From Schmidtea polychroa (Eukaryota), in NCBI GenBank assembly GCA_044892525.1, contig CM097885.1, positions 192,510,001 to 192,574,000 on the forward strand: a stretch of DNA of 64,000 nt, in the 5' to 3' direction. Positions 1 to 9,525 of this stretch are shown one piece after another (position 1 is the stretch's first letter; each line of letters starts with the position of its first letter). The translations under genes and the position numbers were made by a program. The notes beneath the pieces are model-generated. The model was not told the origin of the DNA and did no database searches. It saw only the letters and a list, made by a program, of their open reading frames with translations.

Positions 1-540
1 TTTTGATTTATTCAATTTCTTAGATGTCGCCATCGACCTCGAATTTCTATGTTTAAAACTTTTACTGAAAATGAGTTTCAAAGAGTTAGAAAATACGAGT
101 TTATCTTATTAATGTTTTGTCTCAAATCATTTGCGATAAGGTTACCATATTATATTAGAGTTGTTCACATTACACAAATATTGTATACAAAGTTGTTATT
201 AATTTATAATCAATTAAATTTCATTTTTAGGTTTCTAAATGTTCTAAGTAGTGTTTCTTCTCGAGAATTTCCCGAGAATTTTTTTTTTAAAAATTGTAAT
301 GTTTTTTTTATATTTTTTCGAGCAAATTATTTTAACCGCATCAGTTCGGCATGTCTGGGATTTTATGTCTCTATTAAACATTCCATTTTCTTCGAATACA
401 GATATTGGAAGATATCGAGTGCACATGCGTTACTGGTGCTATTAAATAACTGTTTGTGTGTCTGCATGTAAGTGAGCGAGCGAGAAAGAAAGAACGCACG
501 CATGCGTCACTATTTATTATAAAAAAAATCAAATTTTATT

Positions 541-1140
541 TCATGTAAATCCATCTGGCATAAAGCCGAAGGGGAGAACGGTTCTCACCCTTATGTAATC
601 TACAGCTTTTATTCTTTTAGTCTTCGGATGCTAGAGTTAATAACTCCCGCATCAAACGCGGTTTTCCCTGAAAACTTCAGTCAGGTTTGGTATCAGATAA
701 TCCTTTCTGAAGCTCCTGGCATTGGCTCATTCATATTTTATCTCATTGAGGTTGGTTTTTTTCCCGGTAAGCATCGTTGAGCATAGTAGGGGATAAACAT
801 GGCTAAGCATAAACATGATCAGTCATGGCCCATATAGATGCAACGGACATTCATTCAAAGGTTAGTTCTTTCGGATTGATTAGGAGAGGCTGAGCAACTC
901 AAGATGAGTTTAGGTTTCCGCCGGATCCAAGTGGATTCTGAAGTAGTTCAAGCATATCTGGACGGATTTCCCAGTTTTAGCAGATGGAGTAGCAATGGTA
1001 AGGAGAGGCTGTTCAAGCTTCTGTCTGATTAGTTTAAATGAGGTTATGGGCTCTAAAAAACGGAATTTAATAATTCGGAGTAAGAAGACTCCATTTGTGA
1101 TTTTTGTAGCGGTCAAATATTATACATTATATTATAGTAA
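541..1140 (-). pseudogene. Unassigned decayed coding-like segment
   Basis: GC-richer than its flanks. One minus frame reads ...LLTIATPSAKTGKSVQICLNYF...KAVDYIRVRTVLPFGFMPDGFT-TGA with AATAAA directly after the stop, but has about 8 internal stops. No family recognised. Confidence 0.25.
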
Positions 1141-1283
1141 AGATTGGAAGGAATGGTGTAAAGGAAGAGGAGGTTTTATGAATAGGTTGTTATATTAGAT
1201 ATATAAACAACTTAAAGGTATTATCAGTGAGGCGGAGCCCCTACAAGGACTCCTATATTGACCCACTGATAATATACATACGC

Positions 1284-2588
1284 TTAGTTGCGTTTTCTTT
1301 TCTTCTTTCTAATATTACAATTCTTTAGTTCAGGTATTCGATTCGTCATTTTATTTTTTAGTTTTTCGGTTATTCTTTTTCTCTGTTGAATGAAGGATTC
1401 ATATACACACTTAACCGTGTGAGATGTTAGGTAGGTATCATATTTTAGAGCTCTTACGCTATAGTTAGTAAGAAAGATTTCGAAGAAAAAATTTCTGTAT
1501 TCTTTTTCTTTTTTGTTATCATCATCAGGCATACTTTTTTTGCCATTCCTTAACTTCCGAATAGCAATACTTCGCATTTCAATGCTGTCTTCAAGGAAAT
1601 TGGAATAAATCGCATTATAAGTTTCTTCGGTTTGATATTTACAATATTCGAAGTTAGATAGGTCATCAATAGTGCCAAGGATTTCGAAGAACACATTCAT
1701 AAGTGTCTTGTTTTCAATTTTCTTTTTATCAATCGTATTTGGTTTAGGTAATATTTTGAAATTAATTTTTAGGTATGGTAATTGTTCAGATTTTTTGACC
1801 ATATTGGACTCACCTCTGAAGGTCAAATCAGGTCTCAGCTTCTTTATGTCAGACAGTTTATTAAATATAAATAGTTCAGTAATGTCTGGAAGATATTTAC
1901 CGTAGGTTAGCTCGGATATATTCTTAGTACATTGAATCTCATAGAAACCATTCATCAATTCTTTCTCCTCATAGTATTCGTCATTATTACGTTTCTTCGG
2001 AATTTGTTTATCATTAAAAGGTTTTTCAATTTTTGGCATTGGTTCAAGTTTCTTGACGTTTTTAAGCTTGTTAATAAGGGTCAGATTATCTTCTCTTTCT
2101 CTTGATAGTTTCATATAGTATTCCACGTCAAGGTCTGTCATTCCGTAATCGGTTGGGTATTCGTTGTCATTTGTAAGTGTACAGCCAAAAAAGTAATTAA
2201 TATCTTCTTTACTGTAGTCGAGTTGGGTCTGAAGATCGTCTGAGTTGAGATAAGAAATGGAATCAGAATTAGGAACAGAATCAGAATTAAGATCAGAATC
2301 TGAATTAAGATCAGAATCCAAGTTGGGATCAGAATCAGAATTAAGATCAGAATTAGAATTAAAATCGGAAACAGAATTCTGATCGGCATCAGAATTTGGA
2401 TCGTAATCAGAATTTGAATCGGAATCAGAATTTGGATCATTATGAGTAATACATTCATCAATATCATTTTTAGTTTCAATTATACTATCATCAATAAGAT
2501 TGATATTATAAGCAGTCGGCGATTTAGGGGATTTTGGAATTTGGGCTATTGGTAGATCAATATTCAGGTTTATTTGGTTATCCTTTTT
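1284..2588 (-). CDS. Orphan ORF, 434-codon open frame: acidic N/S/D repeat tract, K/N/E-rich body, basic C-terminus (RKKKRKRN); probably the 3' part of a longer disrupted gene
   Basis: The frame is open from 2588 to the stop at 1284, longer than the 345-aa track ORF, which starts at a TTG. A 1.3-kb stop-free frame is unlikely by chance at this AT content. No domain recognised. Confidence 0.6.
   Translation of the reverse strand, partial: KKDNQINLNIDLPIAQIPKSPKSPTAYNINLIDDSIIETKNDIDECITHNDPNSDSDSNSDYDPNSDADQNSVSDFNSNSDLNSDSDPNLDSDLNSDSDLNSDSVPNSDSISYLNSDDLQTQLDYSKEDINYFFGCTLTNDNEYPTDYGMTDLDVEYYMKLSREREDNLTLINKLKNVKKLEPMPKIEKPFNDKQIPKKRNNDEYYEEKELMNGFYEIQCTKNISELTYGKYLPDITELFIFNKLSDIKKLRPDLTFRGESNMVKKSEQLPYLKINFKILPKPNTIDKKKIENKTLMNVFFEILGTIDDLSNFEYCKYQTEETYNAIYSNFLEDSIEMRSIAIRKLRNGKKSMPDDDNKKEKEYRNFFFEIFLTNYSVRALKYDTYLTSHTVKCVYESFIQQRKRITEKLKNKMTNRIPELKNCNIRKKKRKRN
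2270..2440 (-). repeat. Degenerate 6/18-bp coding tandem repeat encoding (NSDSD[LP])n
   Basis: Repeated tcagaatt/gatcagaa units; translation DPNSDSDSNSDYDPNSDADQNSVSDFNSNSDLNSDSDPNLDSDLNSDSDLNSDS. Confidence 0.9.
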
Positions 2589-3207
2589 TTACTTTGGTAT
2601 TAGCCAAGATTGGTATTATCGGGATTCGTCGGGTTATTTTTAATAATGTTAAATGGTTTGGGAATTATTTGGGCAGTATCAATATTAGGTTCTTTAATTA
2701 GTTCTTCGTCATCTTTTTTGACTTTATCATCATTCTTAGTGTTTGTTAATAAGTATTCAAAACGCATATTATACTTAATCTTAAATTTTTTACGTTTAAA
2801 AATTTCGAGGTCAGATATTTTATCTTTTACGACAGAGTTATTGATTTTTATATATTTAGATATTAAAAATAGTTCATATCATATTATACTTAATTTTATG
2901 TTTTCTACGTTTAAAGATTTCTAGGTTAATAATTGGTTTTAGTGGAATAGGATTAGAGTAGTGGGGTCTTGGTAGGTTAATATAGATTGAATTTTTTGGT
3001 TCCCAAATTTTGACGGTCGGTTTTGGTATGGAGTAAGGAGGATTGATAGGGTAATTTCTCATTTGAGTTAATTCCTTTATCTTACATCTCTTGCTAACAT
3101 TTTTCGTGAGTCGGCCGGAGGCCGAAGAGCTGCGTTTGCTCAAAAATTTAATATCCAATGTAACATTTGCTGGGAGCCGGCTTCGGCCGGCGAGATGTGT
3201 ATATTAT
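2589..3207 (-). pseudogene. Frameshifted middle part of the orphan gene, with an internal duplicated peptide
   Basis: LEIFKRRKHKIKYNM (about 2925-2880) recurs as LEIFKRKKFKIKYNMRFEY (about 2812-2755). The first copy lacks 2 nt after ATG, causing a frameshift; further shifts lie near 2600. Confidence 0.5.
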
Positions 3208-3888
3208 CCTTTTCATCCTCCGAAGGAGGACGAAAAAATTTTTAGCATGGTCATCGGATCTGAAATTTGGTGGAAATATAAACAATTTATCCCTTAAATT
3301 TTCTTTGAATTTTTTAATTTTTCTATTTTTAATTTTTCTCTTTTTATAATTAAGTTTCACGTTATTAAGTTTTACGTTATTAAATTTTACTTTATTAAAT
3401 TTTACGTTAAAATCATTTATGAAAAAGTCATTAAAATAAATAATATTAAGATTATTTTCAAAAAATGATATATTTTTAATTCTCCGAGTATCTTTTTTAC
3501 ATTTTTTATAAATATTTTTATCAAAAGGATAATTTTTATTTTCATTAATTTTACTTTTATCGTCATTACGTATACTTTTAGCATTAGAATTTACATTAGT
3601 AGTTTTATTTTTAGAATCCTTATAAGATTTATTATTAATAATTTTATTTTTAAAAGCATTTTTAAAATCATTTGATAGGTAATTCTGATTATTAATTACT
3701 TTTAACTGCCATATTTCTATAGCCGCTCCAAACGCATTTAGGAAGTCAACGTGTTGTTCACGGACTAAGTTTCTTATGATGAAGCTTCCAAAGATAAGTT
3801 TATCGGCATATTTGTAAGTGTTTAAACTTATGTTCCTAATGTTGATGCCAATATTTTCCCAAATTGCGATTCGGAGATCCTTCGACAT
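3148..3888 (-). CDS. Orphan 246-aa ORF (globular-looking N-terminus, K/N-rich low-complexity middle with NVKLN repeats)
   Basis: Track ORF with an ATG start. It is in frame with the upstream 3919-4176 ORF across one TAG; a 108-nt GT-AG intron (4007-3900, gtaaaa...ttttcag) would remove that stop in frame. A 15-bp tandem repeat lies at about 3351-3410. Confidence 0.5.
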   Translation of the reverse strand: MSKDLRIAIWENIGINIRNISLNTYKYADKLIFGSFIIRNLVREQHVDFLNAFGAAIEIWQLKVINNQNYLSNDFKNAFKNKIINNKSYKDSKNKTTNVNSNAKSIRNDDKSKINENKNYPFDKNIYKKCKKDTRRIKNISFFENNLNIIYFNDFFINDFNVKFNKVKFNNVKLNNVKLNYKKRKIKNRKIKKFKENLRDKLFIFPPNFRSDDHAKNFFVLLRRMKRIIYTSRRPKPAPSKCYIGY

Positions 3889-5027
3889 TACAATGGTTCC
3901 TGAAAAATAGTTAAGAAGCTAAAAAGCAATAAAAAACTCATTGATTTCTGCCCCAGTGCTAGCGAATGTTATATGAAGCAATTCTACTAAGCTCTGAGGA
4001 ATTTTACCAAATATTTTTAGCATGGTCATCGAATCACGTGTCAAGGGCAAACAAATGACAACAATTTCTTTTTCACACTGTACTTGCACTATGGAAGACA
4101 GTGGTACTTGCACTTTCAACAAGACAGGTGCGTGTATCCTCAGCAATAAAATTTTGCAACCTCTCATCGTATACACCTAAATCCGAAATATAAAAGTCTC
4201 TATAATGCACGTTGGTGTGTTCATCAGTGGATGACTCACCATTTATGAGAATGTGAAGTTATTTACTTCATTTCATTTATTCAATTTTATAAGTAAGATT
4301 TTTTAATTTAAGTAACTTTTAAGGTTTGAATTTTGATTTTATATAATTATGAGATCATTATTCAAGTTCTGAAATATTACTTGTAGTCAACATTTTGATT
4401 ATAAATTATTTTTAATTAATTTTCAGGGGTTTTTTTTAAGGATTTTTATGACATTTTATGAATTTATTTGGAATTATTTCGATAAAATGTAAGTTAGATA
4501 TATTTTTAACTATAAATAAATAAAGAAATCATCAAACACATTAATTTATTTATACATTTAAGAAAGAAGCGGCGTAATTTTTAAAGTTTTTGTAATCTTC
4601 TTTCTCCAGCTCATTGATATAGTGAATTTTGTCATTTTATGTAATTCTATGAAGTTATTATTTTTTATACAAGTTATTAAAATTTACGATTTTCGAATTT
4701 TTTTCTGCAAATGTCGATGGACCTTGTTGAATATTAGAAATAATACCTTCACACAAAATATTTTAAAATATTTTAATTATTTGTAATTAAATGAAAAATT
4801 CTTACATTGTCAATTTTTCACCTTCGCAAAAGGTAGCGTTTCCAGTGAAATATCTAAAAATCTAAAGAAATAGTTACTTCAAATATATTTTATAAATAGA
4901 TCTTACGATCTTTTATCCTCCTTTACTCAAAAACTCAAAGTAGAGTTGTCCGATTGAAAATCCAAAATTTTTCCCCAACGAATTTTAACATATTAAAAAT
5001 AATGATATGTTAACAATATGTTAATTA

Positions 5028-5252
5028 CCGTATATACTCGTTTATAAGTCGAGAAATTTACTTCAAATTTTCAAGTCAAAATAGCCACTTCGACTTATAC
5101 TCGAGTCAAAAAACGTACAAATTAATTTTAAATGAAATCATTAAATCTTTTTTTTATTTTTGTTACTTCGACTTAAACGCGGGTTTCCAATTTAGGACTT
5201 AAAAACCTCTTAAAATTTACTCGACTTATATGCGATACTTTTAACTTTACGG
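5028..5252. mobile_element. pogo/Tigger-like MITE
   Basis: TA|ccgtatatactcg..ataagtcgag at the left; ctcgacttata...tacgg|TA at the right; TA target duplication. Confidence 0.7.
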
Positions 5253-5571
5253 TACTTTTAACTTTCGGAATAAAATACTATTTTATATTATGTGTGCTGT
5301 GTTTCTATGTAAAATTATTTTTCTGTCACTTTCTCAATTCCTATAATAACACTTTTAACTTTCGGAACATTAAATTTTTGCACACAGGTAAGTTTGTGTG
5401 TTTCTATATTATAATTTTATCGATTTTCTTTAGATTATAGAAACTTTTATATTTCCGATTTAGGTGTAGAGGCTATGTTTTGATTATGTTTGTACTTCAT
5501 GAATCATTGATTAAATTTGTCACTATATCACAGATTAAATACATATTTATTTTTTTAGTACGGCTTATCAA

Positions 5572-7402
5572 ATGAGCAAAATATACAAAGATTGTTGGCA
5601 ATATTTTAAGAAATCTAGCACCAATAAAGAATTGGCAGTTTGCACTTTATGTTCAAAAAATCTCATGTGCAAAGGTTCGGCGACGATTGGTCTTCACCGA
5701 CATCTCGAAGCTATCCACCAATATATAAGAGAGGAAGAGACAACCGAAAACAGCTCCGCACCAAAGAAAAGGAGATACTTCGAGGAAACAGAAGGAAGTG
5801 GAAATATTTCAAAGTTTCTAGTAAAGCAGACAATGGCGGAAAAGGTGTCAAAACTGGCAGCAGTAAATAGATTTTCATTTAATGCCATCAGCAAAAGTGA
5901 ATTTACCCGGAAAAGTTTTGCCAATATAGGCTTTAGACTACCGCTAAACCCAACAGATATTATGAAATTAATGATGGAATTTTTTAAAAATAAAAAAGAA
6001 GAATTTATTAAGAATATACAAAGTTTAAAATTAAAAGAGAAAAAATTTAGCGTATCCATTGATGAATGGACTAGTGCTAATAATAAAAAATACATGGATG
6101 TGCACATATATTGCAGTTCTGGGGTCTCGTACAATCTCGGATTGGTACCTAAAAATGGTAGTTGCACAGCGGAAAAACTTTACGAGTTAGATTTCTTGAA
6201 ATTAAATTTCTACGGTGTCTCTATTGAATAGGATATAATATCTATAATGAGTGATGGTGCTGCTTTAATGCAAAAATTTGGGATAGAGTCACCAGCACAT
6301 CAACAACTATGTTATAATCATGGCATCAATTTGGCAGTTTCAAAAGTTATTTATACAAACGAAAATAATGGTATTGAATTGCAAAATGATGAAAGTGATA
6401 CTATAAGTGAATCTGAAGTGAACGAATATGATTCTGATGTTGAAATTATAGATGTCCGTTTACCAATACCAATTGAAGATACAATTATTGGAATTCGTCA
6501 GATTGTAAAGGTATTTAAACGACGCTCTGTAAAAAATAGCGTGTTGCAAAAATATGTGCAAGATTTCGAAAAAAGAAATTATCTCTAATATTGGATTGTC
6601 CAACAAGATGGAACACAATGGAAAAAATGATTGAGTGGTTTCTTCAGATAAAAACACAAGTTAAAAAGGCCTTAGTGGAATTAAATCTCATTTATATGAG
6701 GAATGAAGAATTTATTAAAACGGTTGAAGTGTTATTGGCGACATTACGTCCTGTTGGTTTAACTGTGAAAGGTTTGAGCCGAGAGGATTCGACATTATTA
6801 AGAGCGGAAGGAACGCTAAAATATTTATTCACTACATTAGAAAAAAATGATAGAGAAATAAATGGCAAATTACTTTTGGAAATTAAAAATGAAATTTATA
6901 AAAGGTGAAATAACAACATTATATCTCTATAAACACCTTCAAAACCCTGATATTCTCCAATAGACTGATGTACAAATATTGTTCAAAAAATGAAATAAGG
7001 AAAACGGCCAAAGAAATATTATGCAGACTTTTTGGGAGAATTCACCAAAATATTAGGGAAGATAACAACTTTGATCTTGCCGAAGACGAAGTTTGTTTTG
7101 TTCCATCTTATTCAGAAGAATTATCTCTGCAAGAGCAATTAAATTTATCCATAAAAGAAACATTAAAATAATCAACTCCTGCTGTCGAGGGTAATACATC
7201 ATTTAAGACTCTCGATAAAGAGTTCAGTATATTCAAAGCAACAGGCAAAATAACAGCAAATTTCCAACAGGTAAAAGACGCATTATCTACAATTAAACCT
7301 AGGTCAACACAAAATGAACGCAATTTTTCAGTTGCGAATGATTTTGTGACGAAAAAACTTACTCGAATGGCCGATTCCACGCTAGATGCTTTAAGTTTTT
7401 AG
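5572..7402 (+). pseudogene. hAT transposase pseudogene with N-terminal BED zinc finger
   Basis: WQYF..CTLC...LHRHLEAIH (BED finger), IDEWTS, SDGA, CYNH, DCPTRWN and C-terminal PRSTQNERNFS dimerisation motif, split across several frames by stops and frameshifts. Confidence 0.95.
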
Positions 7403-7512
7403 AAAATCTATTTTAATAAAGTAAATAAGTAATTATTTTAATATTGATTTATTTAGAATGTAATAAAATTATTTATATAGTAATAATTTTGTTTTGTATA
7501 TTATAAGAGGCA

Positions 7513-7628
7513 TTGGAAAAAATAGAAATTTTTTAGTCTTATTGAAAAAATAGAACATAAATTTGTTAATTGAAAAAATAGAAAAAAAATTGGATCATTA
7601 AAAAGACTAAAAAATTCTATTTTTTCAA
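7513..7628. mobile_element. Small MITE-like inverted repeat with internal gaaaaaatagaa repeats
   Basis: ttggaaaaaatagaaattttttagtctt (7513-7540) is nearly the reverse complement of aagactaaaaaattctattttttcaa (7603-7628). Confidence 0.55.
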
Positions 7629-7662
7629 TTTTCCATATTATAATTATTGTAAAAATGCGATT

Positions 7663-7795
7663 TGGTACTTATTTTCCTCTATAACTAATTTTATAATATT
7701 AAATATCTTAACTAATTGGCAATTCATATAGTAACTCACCAATTAGTTAAGATATTTAATATTATAAAATTAGTTATAGAGGAAAAAAAGTACCA
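7663..7795. repeat. Foldback palindrome, 57-bp arms with a 19-bp spacer
   Basis: Arms 7663-7719 and 7739-7795 are reverse complements with one mismatch. Confidence 0.9.
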
Positions 7796-8531
7796 GATCC
7801 AAAAAATACATTTCATTTGTTCATTTTTAAAAAGCTATTTTTTTATTATATACATATATTTATAAATATGTATAAGCTATTATTGTTATTATTACCCCCA
7901 TAGTCTCACAGATGTGTTCATAATTTCTTAATTTATTATATTAAAGTATCAATCTGATGCATCAATCTATTTTCATAGCAATCGCGTAAATCTATGTAAA
8001 TAATAAGCATTGTTCGCATTTATGTATTCCTTTGCAAGCACATCTGCATATGTAATTTAATAAATTTTTCNNNNNNNNNNNNNNNNNNNNNNNNNNNNNN
8101 NNNNNNNNNNNNNNNNNNNNNNNNNNNNNNNNNNNNNNNNNNNNNNNNNNNNNNNNNNNNNNNNNNNNNNNNNNNNNNNNNNNNNNNNNNNNNNNNNNNN
8201 NNNNNNNNNNNNNNNNNNNNATTTTTTACTAGATTTTTCATTTTCTCGAGAATCCGAATGTGAAACATCTTTTATCGAGAAATGAAAAAAGTCGAGAAAT
8301 CAGAAACACTAATTCTAAGCGAATCAGTTTACTCGGATTAAGGAAGAGATATTGATATAGCCAATTTCTGCACTATAATTTTCATTAATCAATTTCTATA
8401 ATTTTCTTGCAATATAATTTTCTTTGTAATATTTTTTTTCAAATTTTTTATATATTTATTGATAATTATAATTAAATTATGTAATAGAAAATAAGAATTA
8501 AACAAGAAGATAACAATACTATTAATATACA

Positions 8532-9302
8532 CAGGGCCTAGGAGAGAGAGTGCGGGGCCCGGGGCAAAACTTTTTTTTGGGGCTCCTTTTTAATAATTAA
8601 AAAAAATATAGTTAGCGACAACACAATATAAAACAAATTTTATTATATTAATGATTTACGGGCTTTTGAAATTGCAAATTTATCAATTATTTCACTAAAA
8701 TTTAGGTTTCTTGCAATATCGTTATTAATATGCAGCATTGCCAATCCATTTAGCCGCTCTTGTGCCATTGTAGATTCCAAGAAATTCTTAATACGTTTTT
8801 GAGCTGAAAACGTACGTTCAAACTCGGCTACATAAACCGCGATTGTCAAAAATATTCTTAATACAACTACGAGATTTGGAAAAATTGATTCCAAATTCAT
8901 TTCAATAATAGATTTAAGCACTTTTTAGTAGAGAAATTTTAATGAAATTTAAAATATTCTTTCGAATTCCACGCTAGTTGGGTTTAAATTAAGGACCACA
9001 ATATCATATAATTAATAAACAGATATTTTTAAAAATATTTTTAAAAATCTCTTATTCGTGGATTTTAATAACTATCAAGCAATTTTAAATGACGAATTCC
9101 TAATCTTAGATCAATCTGATTTATTTAAAAACATGTTAGATTGATATATAAGAGCAAAGAAGTTATATCAATAGTCCATTTTTAAAATTGTTGAATTTTT
9201 AAAAATTAATTTTTGTTTCCAAAAAAATTTCTTGAAATAAAATTTTGAAGATTTGAGGCCCGGGGCCAGTGGCCCCTCTGGCTCCGCCTCTCCTAGGGCC
9301 CG
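8532..9302 (-). mobile_element. Non-autonomous hAT (ZMYM1-type deletion derivative)
   Basis: TIRs cagggcctaggagag / ctctcctagggcccg; perfect 8-bp TSD aatataca (8524-8531, 9303-9310); internal hAT dimerisation-domain remnant FPNL..LRIFLTI...ERTFS..KRIKN (8643-8921). Confidence 0.93.
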
Positions 9303-9525
9303 AATATACATTAATATTATTTATAAGTAGTACTTTGTTTTTGTTTTACTGACGATTTTTTATTGTATGTAAAATAAAAAGATTAAAGAAGTTAAAATTT
9401 TCAAAAATTTGAATTCAAGTTGAATTTGTTATAAATTTTTAGTCTGAATGAACGTCATAAGTGGAGGGAGATGTTTTTAACGCAAAAAAAAGAAGAAAAA
9501 TCTTTTTTTTCTTTGAAAGTTATTT

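Larger units (their letters stand above)
249..8311 (+). mobile_element. Putative 8-kb hAT-bounded composite element (TAG...CTA family) containing a BED-hAT transposase pseudogene, nested MITEs and unknown cargo
   Basis: Left end tagtgtttct-tctcga (249) matches the reverse complement of the right end tagtgtttctgatttctcga (ends 8311) apart from a 4-nt gap. CGAGAA subterminal repeats occur at both ends. Flanks gttctaag (241-248) and attctaag (8312-8319) are a 7/8 match, the size of a hAT TSD. An N-gap (8071-8220) lies inside, so contiguity depends on scaffolding. Confidence 0.6.

Noticed and set aside
545-910. Minus frame that reads better if TGA is Trp (mitochondrial or mitovirus code)
   Set aside because: TAA and TAG stops remain, and no RdRp or mitochondrial motif is visible.
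1219-1274. CRESS-DNA origin or hammerhead in the stem-loop
   Set aside because: No NANTATTAC nonamer; CUGAUAA is not CUGANGA, and there is no GAAA partner.
3225-3245. Canonical -1 frameshift site (A AAU UUU followed by a hairpin) on the minus strand
   Set aside because: The -1 frame stops after about 33 codons and the downstream ORF is in the +1 frame, so it does not join the ORFs.
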